NCBI GenBank assembly: GCA_010093745.1
Contig: MU006032.1
Coordinates: forward strand, 1 to 52,208
Direction: 5' to 3'
Source: Piedraia hortae CBS 480.64
Lineage: Eukaryota
DNA: 52,208 nt
Notes under the pieces: model-generated
What the model saw: the letters and a program-made list of their open reading frames with translations, nothing else
The model's database searches: none
Told to the model about the DNA's origin: nothing
Shown: positions 36,419 through 48,497 of the stretch, piece by piece
How the letters are laid out: every line of letters begins with the position of its first letter
How positions within the stretch are numbered: position 1 is the stretch's first letter
Program-made: the position numbers and the translations under genes

Positions 36419-38407
36419 TCACCACGTCATTCTCTCAGCCACATGCTCTGGAGGCTCGCGCGTCGACGCCTCGTATATCTGAGTCTTCAACTTCTTCAGC
36501 CGCGTGTGCAGTTGAACCAGATCGGCCCGTTCTTCCCGCGAGATCGTCTCGCCCAGTTTTGCCCTTCTGACTTGATCGTCGTGAAGAGCCTCATAGCGTG
36601 GATAATCTTGTCGAAATTGCCTTGCAAGATCTACTCCTTTATTGAACGTGACCTCCGTCTCCGAGTTTGGTGAAGTATGTGCGGTACTCTGACCAGCTCC
36701 ACTTTCTGAACTCTGTGATGCATGAGGCGACGGTGAAGTAGAATCCGTTCTTTGACGTTTGCTGGGCGGGTCGACATCCTTTGCGACTTCAGCCTTGCGC
36801 TTGCTATTCGCAGGGCTTGTAGTGCTCGCCACCGTGTTTGAAGTGCTCGTTATGGTGAGATTCCGCGGCCTAATGCCCGACTGAGATGATTTGGTACAAT
36901 CAGAGGCTGTTCGAGGTCGAGCGGACGCCAGCGGTGAAGGCACAATTGGATGATGCGGGTTACCCGGACTGCATTGAGTGCGAGACTGCGGCCTTGGAGT
37001 CGCCGTAGCTGCGCGTGCTGAACCAGGTAGTACTTTGGCCTTCGCTGCCAATGACGCTATAGATTTGGCCGGATCAGGCCTGGCCTTGGACTTAGGAACC
37101 TCTCTGATTTCGCCCTCCTCGTCACTGCCTGCATTGCGTTGTGCATCCTTGCTAGTGGCCGATATGCCGTCCAAGATCTGCGTTGTTTTGGACTTTTCGA
37201 TGGCAGGAGACGGCTTACTGCTGTGGGTGGCTGGCGTCCTGGACTTCGCCGATTCGGCTTTGGGCTTGTTCATAACCGGTGTTTTGGGTCTATCCGCAGG
37301 CGAAGGCTTCCCTACCACCTTCTCTGCCGGCTTCTGCTGCTTTGGCTTCTCCGCAACTTTGCTCGGAGTTGATGCCTTTGGCTTTTCTGCTGCCTTTGGC
37401 TTTTCGGTCGCGGCTTTCGCTTTCGCTTTGGCCGGTGCCTTGGGCTTCGCCTCTGCTTTAGGTTTCACAACCGGCTTAGTCTTACTGGTAGAAGATGCTG
37501 GCCGCGGTGTGGATTTGCCATCTGCTTTAAGCCCTGTAGCGACTTTCGAAGCCAGTCTGGACAACACGATGCCCTTTCCTCGTTCTTCGGGCTTCAACAA
37601 GCGCTGCCAGATCGCATCATCCGGAGGAATCCTCTGGCGATCATATGCCCTAATGGCATTATCAATGGCCATTTGACGGTCGTCGGCTGAGCGATAGCCA
37701 AATTCCCACACGTCCAAGTCCCGGTAGTTTCGATCCGCAAGCTTCCATACAACGCCCTCCCGCTGCGACATCTTGGGCAGTACTTCCTCCAAATCAGGCT
37801 TGGGCACATGCGTAATGGAGTTAAGATCATCAGCAGAGGCTGGTCGTAAAGCCAGCAAATGGACGAGAACTTTGCGAAAGGCTCGCATCCTGACCTCTTT
37901 GTCCTTTGCCTCTGCGGCAGTACGAGGCGTTGGAGTGCTGGCTCTGCTGCTGGGCAACGGCTTCACGCCAAGAAGAACATTGGGTTGATTGGCCTGTTTC
38001 TCCTTGCGGATCGAATCGAGGCTCTGCTTCAGCTTGGCCAGAGCAGTGTCCGAGCCAGCCGTCGTGCCCATAGTATATGCGCGATGGCTCACCCGGGTTG
38101 CCCATTGGAACTCACTGAGCGATCCAGCGAGGGTGCTGGAGTACAGCTCATGGTGGAATATGGTGGGATTCACGTCTAGATTGATGACGCGGTCGCCAAT
38201 GTGGAGTTGCTGCGCGAGTCAGCGACATTACCAGCCAACAATGGACAATGTACGCACCGGAAGAGGGCCAGTGACCAAACGTGGTGCGGTGGCCACCCGC
38301 TTCAGGTCACCAACGAGCTCCGGTGTGAGGTTCAACACCATGGCCGAGGCCTCGCCGGGCCCAGGCTGGTTGTCTCTCCCCGCACCGTGCAGCGTAAACC
38401 GTGACAT
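36419..38407 (-). CDS. RNA polymerase II elongation factor ELL-like protein; intron 38210-38257
   Basis: LVHLLALRP...YRDLDVWEFGY..DRQMAIDNA core; C-terminal occludin/ELL-like LARQFRQDYPRYEALH..LHTRLKKLKTQI; GTGCGT..CTGAC..CAG intron in phase. Confidence 0.78.
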
Positions 38408-39153
38408 TGTACTGTTCACGTCTGGGTTAGCGGTTAAGGCCAATCACCGCCGAATGCCCACAGTCATGCGTAGTGTGAGAGATTGTATGGTGCGTGACCA
38501 GGTGTGACCGGGCGTGACCATGACGGGGCAAGGCTGGTGGGGTCGCGGAATGCCTGTCCCGCCCACGGTTAGCTGCAGCACGCGGGATTCAGTCAATCGG
38601 GTAAAGATGGGCTGGGCAGAAATGAGATCCAAAAGCCAGATGAAACAAAAAGAAACAAAGAACGTCTGTTCCTCCCTCTTGGTCTACGCCCCGATGCCAC
38701 CGTCTGGCTCGGTCCGGGCCGTGTCTTGTTCCTGTCATAATGCACGTGAGTTACAAATATAGCATCACGTGAGCGGTGAAAGACTCGACAATTGGCGCGC
38801 CCTTACGCAGCGTGGGCTCGTTTGCTCGGTTCCTGCCGAACTTATTTGCAGCTGGGATGGCCATACGAACGTCTGCACAGCTGCATGCACCGCCGCTGTG
38901 AACTGGCGTGCATCATCGATCTTAACACCGCGCCGGTGCCACGACTGTAGTGATCGTGTTGCTGTCACTGACTCGCGTAAATGTGACGACCGTCGACAGG
39001 TAATGACTCATAGCCTGTTCACAATGACTGGCACCACCACTTTAGTCCTCCAGCCCCGCACGGTCCCTGCGCCAGTCCCTGCAGCTGTCCATTTTGGGCA
39101 GCTACCTGCATCAACGATAAGTTAATGACAACAGGTTATGCTACTCTACAATT

Positions 39154-40648
39154 CTACGACATCATCCGCGACATATCAGCCCGGATACGGGAATAGTCAA
39201 ACAGCCCCTCAATGGGCCCGACGGCGCTGATGGCAATGTCCTTGTCCCACAACTTTTCCTGTGCAAATCGCTTCACATCTGCCGCCGTGACGCTGTCAAC
39301 GACGCGCTCAACTTCTTCCGGTGGCATTCGTCGGCCGGTGGTAATGATCTGTCGACCAATGTCCTCAGCTGTGGGTGTTGTGCCGTCCAGCGACAAGAGG
39401 ATGCTGGCTTTGAGCTGTGCCTTGGCCCGTTCAACTTCGGCGTCGCTGACGGAAAACGATAGGCGTGACCATTCTCGGAGGGCAAAGTGCGTGAGATCGT
39501 CCAGACGCGTGAGAGCATCCGACACAAGATAGATGCCCCAAAGTCCCGTATCCGAGTATGAGGTAGAGAACGACATGAAACTATTGGCCAATTTGTGCTC
39601 ATGCACAAAGCGGCTTAGCTTGGAGCCCAGGTATGGCGAGTTGCCCATGGCACGGTCCCAGTTACCAACGATTGCCTGTGTCACCAGCGCCGTCATGTAA
39701 TCATCGTCTTTCCAGCTGACACCCTCGACGGCAATGGCAATGTGCGCTGCTGGCATCGTGTCGTCACGCATGCGCACCTCAGACCCAACAAAGTCGGGTT
39801 TGCTGGACTGACCACGGTGAAACGACCCTGTCTGCGCGTCCGGGTTGGTCGCCGGCAGCTTGGAGAAGTATTTCTCGGCCAGCTCAACCAGCTGCGCGTG
39901 TGGAACGCCACCGGCTCCGACCAGTACCATGCGGTCAGCCGTGTAGTTGGTCTGAATGTACTGCACCAGGTCGTCACGGGATATGGACTTGATGTTCTCA
40001 CGCGGGCCGAGAATGGTGCGACCCAGCGGCTGGCCCTGGAACGCTGTAGCATGCAAATGGTCAAACACGACCTCCTCCGTTTGCTTGTCGACTTCGTCCT
40101 GCTCGCGCAAGATCACGCTGCGCTCCCGCTCGATTGCACCTTTGTCGAGCTTGCTATTCTGCAGAATGTCGGCCAACACATCAACCGTTGCCGGCACGTC
40201 ACTGTTGAACGCCTTGGCAAAGTAAACCGTGTTCTCCCTCGACGTGTAGGCATTCAGATGCGCGCCCATGTTCTCAATCTCAAGCTCTAGTTGCGACTGG
40301 CTGCGCTTCTGCGTGCCCTTGAATGCGAGATGCTCGAGGAAGTGAGCGGTGCCATTGGTGCGGTCGGTCTCCGCCCGCGACCCGGCGTCAATCCACACGC
40401 CGACCGTCGACGTTTGCGCATACGGCGAGTGGTCCGTCGCAATCTGTCCGTCAGAAAGTGTTATTTGAATGCTGCACAAAGCTTACTGTAAAGCCGTTGG
40501 CTAGTGTTGTGCTCTCCGTCGTCGTCGTATGTACGGGAGTCGCGAGTCCGCGCGTCAGTCCCAGCTTCGCATGGCTCCGGACTGAATTGAGAGCGCGCTG
40601 TGTGCGGGCGCTCTGTTGGAGGCCAAGGGCCAGCCTACGAGATGCCAT
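39154..40648 (-). CDS. MAS1: mitochondrial processing peptidase beta subunit; intron 40444-40486
   Basis: Presequence MASRRLAL; HFLEH inverted zinc motif, LNAYTSRE, M16 peptidase. Confidence 0.96.
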
Positions 40649-40782
40649 TGTTTAAGGTATGCGGCGATGATGGTCAAAGGGTGAAGTCGAACGCCAAGAT
40701 CAGGAAGACGGACCGGCCCGCCGGCCGAGGTCGTCCGCCCCTCCGTAACAATCGCCCTCCATGCGGAACCCGGTCACCAACA

Positions 40783-41415
40783 ATGGCATCAGTTTTCCGC
40801 TCTGCCCTGTTGCGCCAGACGGCCTCCCGCTCGGTCAGGTTTCCGCAGCCGGCGGCTACTCTCACGCCCCGAGTACGGGCGTTTGTCCCGCGGTCTGCCT
40901 TCCAAACCTCGGCCAATAAGCAGATCCTGCCTCCTCTGCCGCAGACCATTGCGGGAACAGTAAATGATGCTGTCAGAGTACCTGACCCGGAACCCATGCA
41001 TGGCGCCTATCATTGGACATTCGAGCGGTCAGTACTGCAGGGGAGGGCGGGGCTGTCAGAGCTGACGTCTACACAGCCTCCTGTCAGCGTCGCTGTTACC
41101 CATAACTATTGCTCCTTATGCTGCGGGCGTCTTTTCGCCCTTGATGGACGGAACATTTGTTGGCTTGTTGATCATTCACTCCTACATCGGTTTCCAGTGC
41201 GTTTGTCCTGAAAGTTGAAAGCCACGCTAATGAAATCTAGGAGCTGCATCACCGATTACTTTCCAAGCTACCGTGTTCCCATTTTTCGAAAGGTTTGTGA
41301 CTTTTTGAACTTTTTCTTGGCCCTCGTCGTTGGCTGGGGTTGGTACGAGTTCGAGACAAATGATGTTGGGTTGACCGGGGCCATTAGGCGCATTTGGAAG
41401 GCAGGCAGAGAATAA
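40783..41415 (+). CDS. SDH4: succinate dehydrogenase cytochrome b small subunit; introns 41028-41076 and 41197-41240
   Basis: ILPPLPQ.I.GTVND, HGAYHWTFER, HSYIGFQSCITDY, YEFETNDVGLT. Confidence 0.93.
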
Positions 41416-41696
41416 ACCAGTGTACGTTTGTCCATCTGATTTTCTTTTGTCTCTTGAAACATGCCAAACATTCCCCCAATGAAGGCTTTTTGTTCTACAA
41501 GGAACCTTTCATCTACAAGAACAAAGTCTCGCTGAAAGAGCCAATATAACCATAATGACATTATCTTCTCAAAGCGGCCATGTTTTCATTCTATTGCTGT
41601 TCTTTCAGACACGACGTTTTCCACATCTCGTTTTCGAGAAACGCACCATCAATTTCACAGCAGTGACCAGTTCAACGCAGGCCGTCGACTATCAAC

Positions 41697-42974
41697 ATGT
41701 TTTTCAGAGACAATCCCTCCAAAAGAAGCGCCGGACTCTCTCGATACAGCCTAAGTCTTTACTCCACAACCGCTGAGCAAGCCATCGACCGTCTCGGAAG
41801 CACACCCAAAGCTCGACGCTTACCCCAGAATCTTATCTCTCTACACGAAGAAGGCTTTATTAGAGATGAAGAAGACCTCCAAAACATTGACAAGGCCCTC
41901 GCAGCTCTTGAGGGGCGACCTGTCGAAGTAGAATATCGATCACCCCCAAGAAAGCAAAGTTTCAGCATCAAACCTCCTGTTCCCCTTCCGCAGATATTAG
42001 CTCCCCAAGAGTCGCCCCCAAAGCAGAAAAAATGCGGCATCCTCCGCTCCTTATCAACAAGAGCCTTTGGCCGCACTACCAAAAAGACCGCCCCAACACG
42101 CTCCAACTCCAATTCCACCCGTCCCAAAATCCGAATTGTTCCGGGAACATTCATCGACGGTGCCAACGATGAGCACACACGCACCTCACCCATGAACATC
42201 CGAACAATCTCCCTCGAGGAAGCTTGTCAGCGCCAAGTTGATGAGATCAATAAATATTACAACGTTCCATCCCCTGTTCCCTGGAAAGACGTGGGGCTTT
42301 ATGAGACCAAAAGCGGAGCTTCCTCACGATCCGTACTTAACCGGGAGACGAAGTGGGAAGATTTTATCAGTCCCCCCGCAGAAAGGGAGACGGGTATGCG
42401 CGTTTCATCCTATTCTTTCCTATCGACCACTTGGGACGAACGGGGGGGTGAATTCGCTGCGGGCGATGAGTCCCCTGCAAGAGAGGACATTGATGACGAG
42501 CAATACATCCCAGCTCTACAGCGTGTCTTGTCCTTCGACGAATTGAGCTTGAAGCCCGCTCCGCTTAACGTTGCCAAGGAAAATGATAAGCGGAGCCAGC
42601 CATCTGGATGCCGCGACCTCCTCAAGGATGTCGAGCGAAATCTACCTTTCTCACCCACATCCCCGGACTTGGACCAGAGTATCTCTTTTGATCTGTCAGA
42701 CATCAGCGCGATAGGCCTTCCGACGCCGAAAAAGGCTAAACTTCGCGCCGAGGGCGCGCGTCTACGCGAGCTGGTGAACTGGGGTAATGCCCACCCCTCA
42801 TCGCCTGTTGTAGATATGTTGGAGCACGATGGACATACCTCCTGGCGCGTGACGGAATGGAAGGGAATGGGTGTGGTTGAGTCGTATAGAGTCAAAGTTA
42901 AGAAGGATGAGTATGGACAAGAATATTGGAGGCAGGCGGTTGGCGTTTTGGGAGGGATGAGGGAAGGCAGTTGA
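41697..42974 (+). CDS. hypothetical low-complexity protein
   Basis: 425-aa uninterrupted ORF, S/P/R-rich, no recognised domain. Confidence 0.7.
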   Translation: MFFRDNPSKRSAGLSRYSLSLYSTTAEQAIDRLGSTPKARRLPQNLISLHEEGFIRDEEDLQNIDKALAALEGRPVEVEYRSPPRKQSFSIKPPVPLPQILAPQESPPKQKKCGILRSLSTRAFGRTTKKTAPTRSNSNSTRPKIRIVPGTFIDGANDEHTRTSPMNIRTISLEEACQRQVDEINKYYNVPSPVPWKDVGLYETKSGASSRSVLNRETKWEDFISPPAERETGMRVSSYSFLSTTWDERGGEFAAGDESPAREDIDDEQYIPALQRVLSFDELSLKPAPLNVAKENDKRSQPSGCRDLLKDVERNLPFSPTSPDLDQSISFDLSDISAIGLPTPKKAKLRAEGARLRELVNWGNAHPSSPVVDMLEHDGHTSWRVTEWKGMGVVESYRVKVKKDEYGQEYWRQAVGVLGGMREGS

Positions 42975-43293
42975 ATATAATCTTTTCACACAATCATCTT
43001 TGCGAAATTTTAGCGGTGCGGGGCGAGGATTGGATCCGTTTGTCACGCAAGTCTCATTTGTAGAATAACGATAGACTTTCAGAACTATTATAAGAGAATT
43101 ACACCACAGCGTACTGAGCTCGTTGTGTCTCCAGCCGATTTTGAGGGACAATGCACATTTCGAGGTTCAGTCCTAGGTTCCGCTGGAGCTATGTTCATTT
43201 ACGGGAAATGTTTTGGCAGTCTTCTCTATACTCAGACGTCGTAATGAAGAATGTGAATTATGTCACCCTCGCTTAGCGTAGATGAGTGAGACA

Positions 43294-43654
43294 TGTAGAG
43301 ATTTGGCTCTCGTGGGTGAGAGTGCGCAGCGACCCGAAAAGGACGGAGCGATAGACGGAACCAGGGACAGGACAGATGTAGATGTGTATGAGTTCATATT
43401 AGTGTCGATATGACAGTGTGAATGACCTGCTATGTCTATGAGGGGACGTTCAGAATGAAAATTCTGTACCGGTGGGCCGGTGACGTCACGTCGTACCCTA
43501 GCAGGGTGCATTCGCCATGTCACATATGACATGGCGCTGAGGGCAAACCTCTGTGAGGAAAAAACCTAGGGCGCAGCTGGTAGTGTAGGAGGTATCGCTG
43601 ACTTGCTATGCAAGTGCCCTGCATACGCGCTAGCGGCGATGCTTGAATCCAACA
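43294..43654 (-). mobile_element. solo LTR family B (361 bp)
   Basis: TGTAG...CCAACA, exact TSD AGACA. Confidence 0.93.
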
Positions 43655-44360
43655 AGACATAACCTCAGGCTGGGACCGATCGCTTGTACAGTGTGGAAAG
43701 TGTTACTCCAGGGAGCTCACTTCCAATTCACGTTAGTGTGCAGGATGACCAAAGTAGCGCTTTCTCTGAAAGATGAAAAGTTTCTCCAACAACTCTGCTA
43801 GCGGAGCCAACCACCGCACCTCGAGGCAATGAACACACAAATATCGCGCTGGTCGACGAGCAAACCGCACTCGAAACCGAAGAGGAATTAAAAGGAGAAG
43901 CGGCGAGAAGTCGAGTCACAGTCATCCAACATCCAAGCAGAAGACCAATCCGCAGCTTGCATTTTCACCAGAAGTTGGACTTGGCTTCTTTCATCCTGCT
44001 CGTCCCAAAATCCTTCCTAGAGTTCTTCGGTAATTCAATTATCATACCTGACCCTACGTCTCACCTCAGCTTTGACACAATGTATTCAAACCTTTCTAGC
44101 GTGTCTAATCCAATCAAATCTAGAAAACTCGTTGCGTCTCCTTCAGTAAGACCACTTCCAGCGACATTCTTGTGACCCTAAAACAAATGCTTCAACGTCC
44201 ACTTCAAGTTATCCCACGCCGTCCTTAATCAAGCTTCCGGACAAACTATATTTCAGACCACTTCCAATTATCCGGCCCGGCAAAGCCCTAACGGAACATC
44301 GATATGGATACATTCAAAACCCTAAACTGCTCCACCATCTTTCTGCAACACGATGGGTTG

Positions 44361-44480
44361 AGTTAAAGGGGACGAACTGATAGTGTGAGTACACTGAGAC
44401 GTAAACATATATTGTTTTTTAATATACTGCATACATGAGGGGACATTGTTCATGGTCATCACGTAACACATCCTTCAACT
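44361..44480. mobile_element. 120-bp element with AGTT...AACT termini (copy 2)
   Basis: AGTTAAAGGG...TCCTTCAACT, exact TSD GGTTG. Confidence 0.85.
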
Positions 44481-45005
44481 GGTTGTCATGCTGCGGGTGC
44501 TAACGGGTGTGCAAGTGCAGTATCCAAAATCGAGGTGCAAGAATTTTCGCCGAAGCAGTTCCGCTTTCCCTGGAGTGCGCTTGCTTGAGATCATTCCTTT
44601 AGTTTGGACACACTAGCAAACTTTAACCAAAGTCGTCTCGCCGAGTCCTGGGGAGATAATGTTGTGTGAGAGAGGATGATGCCTAGCTGGGTAATCGCAA
44701 CGAGGGCCGCGATGCCATTGGCGCAGGAATTCAGAATGTTTGCAGGTCAGCTTAACCATCGAGATTTGGGGAATAATTGTTTGATTTCTATGACGCAGTG
44801 AAACTGTTAGACCTAGACAGGAGGCTATCCTGGTTTGGATGTGGATTAGTGGGTTTGCCGTCGAGCTTATTAATGGAGCAAAAATTCAAGCTTAGGAGTA
44901 ATGAAATGGGGTTGCGAAAATCAGTTCAAGTTTTTCGAAAATTAAATGGTATATTCTACGTTTCTCTCATATAATCAGATGCAAGCATTTCTTTTCTTGC
45001 ACTCT

Positions 45006-45229
45006 TGTTACAGGCTAGCTTTTCCGGCTCATTGTTGTTCATTGTTGTTCCATGGTTGTGGTTCACAAGGCGCGCGCGTACCGCGTACGCGCGCGCTTTC
45101 TGCGTAGGAGCTCTTGAGTATATGGCAGGCCCTCTGGCCCTCTATAGCTTCCATGCGAGACAATATCTTGCTCGATCCTGGGTCCGCGCACACCCCCAGT
45201 GCTTCCCTTCACAACACCAGAACTAACGT
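45006..45229. mobile_element. possible degenerate solo LTR
   Basis: Starts TGTTAC, flanks ACTCT/ACTCG, GC hairpin gcgcgcgta-ccgcg-tacgcgcgc, size like the 17457 LTR; 3' CA missing. Confidence 0.3.
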
Positions 45230-46482
45230 ACTCGGAAGCTGAAGAGATTCTGACCACAGGAATCAGGTCATGGACAAAGTCTCTCGCAAAGACCATACCA
45301 ACAAGACATTTGCGGCTTTCTCTCCGAATAATGACATTGCGGACGTGTATATAAACGCAAACCAAATGCATGCAATTCCAATCATATGTCGTCCACTCAA
45401 TAGCTCTCTTCTGGTGCTCCCTTACCTCCTCCACTTTGGTGGCTGCCTTGCGCTTCACTCTTCGCTGCGCAATGAGTTTCGTGCCGGGTGTCGGTGCTAC
45501 ATTCGGCCTGGTTTGCGGAGGTGTTATTGGAGACACTGTTGGTCTCCACACCGTCGGCGGCTGTGCTGCTGCCCTTTGTGCTGCTATCCTCTGTCTTCCT
45601 AACGTTTTGTCCACCACTCTCCGTAGACCTCTTCTTGTGGTGAGACTTTCAGACATTGGACGTTGCCAAAAAAACTCGCTGAGATATTTCAGCCACTGTT
45701 CATCGCAGCTTCCACCGTACTCAAAGAAGTGAGTACCAACCTAAAACAGCAACTTAAAGACCGGGTCAATCAGCTCAATTTCACTGGTACGAAAGCGCTT
45801 ATGGTGATCTATTCGAACATTCTGCGCCAAGCCTTTGGCTTAAATGAAGAATGGCTCAAGTGTTTCAACCAAGTCATCAAACCAATCGCTCTCCTAAATA
45901 CCCCACTCGGCCCTTAAAGATCTCCTGGGAGAGGGAGACGGGATACTAGTGGCCAATGCCCTCAATCCTTTGAGCTCAGTCATCGAATTTCCCATCAGCG
46001 TGGAAATGAAATCGGGCACCCCGGCCACCGTCCAGATGTATCATGAGTCTTTCCGGGACTTCCTTCTAAACCCAACTCTCAAGAGTGAATCGCAGTTCTG
46101 AATTGACAAAACGAAGACACATGGCGTCCTCCTTGCCAGATTCTTGACCGATCACGGGGCAATACGTCTGTGGGACATTGAAAGCGGTTCCGAAGAAGAT
46201 CTCTTGGAGATGGAATCCCACGGTGCCGTTTGTTCAATCATTGAAGGGAGAGATCGTCCTGATCGCCAAATGGAATGGAAGCGTTGGAGGTGGAACGTAA
46301 GAAAGGATATCAGAGAGATTGAAACTAAGTTGCCCTGCTATGCAGAATGCGATTCAGATTCTCCAGATGGCCGATTTGCAGCTTGGGGCGTAGCCAAGGG
46401 AAAATTCTACCTTTGGGATGCTGAAAATGGCTCCGGAAGGCTGTTTGAGGGCCATAATCATCCTGTGAATTGCATTGTGTTC

Positions 46483-46781
46483 TGTTAGAAGGATGTGGTA
46501 CCTACCATGACCAGAACTGTAGGTAGAAGTCGAAACTTCTCAGGGTTTTTACCTCTATAGAGGAAGTTTTCCCTGAGTCGGGTTATTGTCTTGTTCATGC
46601 TTAAGGGCATGGTTCGCTAACGTTGTCCTGGCGAATGGGGTTAGACTGAGGTAGCGTAGGGAAGGTTTCGAACCTCGCCTCGCATAGATATAGACATTCA
46701 ATTTTTCAGTCAAAGTTGAGTGAAAACATTTGTCGTCGATATCCACTTCCCTTTAGTCCTCGGTGATTCACCCCTCCGACA
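46483..46781 (+). mobile_element. solo LTR family A (299 bp) inserted in a WD40 repeat
   Basis: TGTT...GACA, TSD TGTTC/CGTTC. Confidence 0.92.
46539..46577 (+). ncRNA. ENE-like U-rich internal-loop hairpin (clear example of 12 copies)
   Basis: CUCAGGG-UUUUU-A-CCUC-UAUA-GAGG-AAG-UUUU-CCCUGAG. Confidence 0.7.
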
Positions 46782-48497
46782 CGTTCTTATCAGATGGTGA
46801 GACCATTATATCTGGACCGAATGATGTTTGGATGTGGAGCGCGATAACCGGTCATAAAAGAACTTACCAAGCACGCGCAGACGTTTCGAGAATCACAATT
46901 TCACCAGACAGCAATTTCGTTGTCTTTCAGTCTAAAGGAACATATGATATGCCGCCATCGATATCGGTATTTCACTGCGATTTACACCACGTTGACCAAA
47001 TCTTGACAGGCCAACTGTGCAATCAGATTCTTATCACCCAAGACAGCCAGATTGTTTTAATTCCGATGCAATTTTAAAATCTTTACTTACGACATTCGAA
47101 CAAGGTCTAAACCGAGAAAGCAGTCTATAACCTTGCGTACCCTAATGGTGACCACGAGCTTCTCGCCCGACGTGAAGGCAATCTGGGTTGGACGTTTCGA
47201 CGGATTGGTAACACAGCTATACGCAGATATGGTATTCTACAATCAACAAGCTCACGTTGCTATTGCCGCAATGTCGACGGACGGCCAATCGACCGCTTCA
47301 TGGTCAGACGATGGCAAGCTATCTTTTTGGAACATTGAAAGACAGATTGCACACAATGGACGACAGAGATAAGGCTTGTCGTCAGAACATACACGAGGAA
47401 CGAGGAGGTCTTGACTTCACCAGACAGCCATTACGTGGTTGTTGCTGGGCTCTTCGCTGAGTCGGACTATGCGGCCCTCGTGTGGGGTCTTCAAACGAAC
47501 GAATTGATAGAGCTGAAGCATAATGCGGACTATCTTCCTGCTCTCGCCATTTCTCCAAATAGCAAAACCTTTCATTTCGGCTAAGAAAACGGCCAAATAT
47601 GGACCTTCGAATTGAAAAGGTAAATGGTTAAAGACAGTCATGGGGCATACAGCAAGTATCAATGATATTTCTCTCTTACCAAATACACAAGATTTTGCAT
47701 CGGTATCGTGTAATGAAACAATAATGGTTTGGAGCCCTCAAACGGCAAATCCATTGGTACTTATCAGCGTAGACTGGGTGACCGAGGCATGTTTCTCGGG
47801 AATCGGTCGGATGCTATACACATTGGATCTCATGGATGACATATCTGAATGGGATATTGAAAAAGCGTACCGGGTGCGGAAGATTTGCAACGCAAAGCTG
47901 GAAAACGGCGATCTCGGTTCGATATTTCTTGATGGCTACTTCGTGCAAGCATGCTTCCTGCCTATCCTGCCGATGTTGGGGACAGGGAAGTTGATCAGGC
48001 TCAGACACAGGTGGGTTCATCGGCTTCAACCACAGCTGTTTCCAAATTTAAGAATGCGAAATTTGGACTTTGGACTACCAGGGTTTCGGGGAAACGTGGA
48101 TCAGTATCCATAATCTGGAGATATTCAAGGTCCTTAAATTAATGTCCAAGCATGGTGACTTGCGCATGGTAGAACAATGGTGTTGTCTGAATTTGAGAAT
48201 GGTCCCATCGTATTGAAGTTCACTGAAAAAACCAGTTTTTAGTCGAATTTAAACTTGTTCTACTATTCACTTGATCGCGAATTGGGCGGTTCCGACCCAG
48301 AAATGGATAACCCGAGGGCATAATTGATGATCCTCGCGTCAATGCAGCTTGGACGTAATCGCGTGCACAAGAATCTGGGGCATCGCAGGACCCTCTTCCA
48401 GTGGTTAGTGGATGGCTAGTGAGATTTGGAAGATATGGGCGCGGCTATCGACCCCTAATGACGCTGGGAAACAGGTGCGAACTGCATTCAAAACTCA

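Larger units (their letters stand above)
45663..48240 (+). pseudogene. NACHT-WD40 (HET-E/NWD-like NLR) relic
   Basis: LFIAAST, LSSVIEFP..YHESFRDFL..F*IDK..H (post-NACHT region), then WD40 repeats (SPDGRF, GHNHPVNCIVF, GHTASINDISL); stops, frameshifts, LTR insertion. Confidence 0.8.

Noticed and set aside
41175..41196. SDH4 HSYIGF instead of HSHIGF as a heme-ligand or SDHI-resistance change
   Set aside because: The first His (the heme-ligand position) is intact, and I recall Tyr at the second position in other Dothideomycetes
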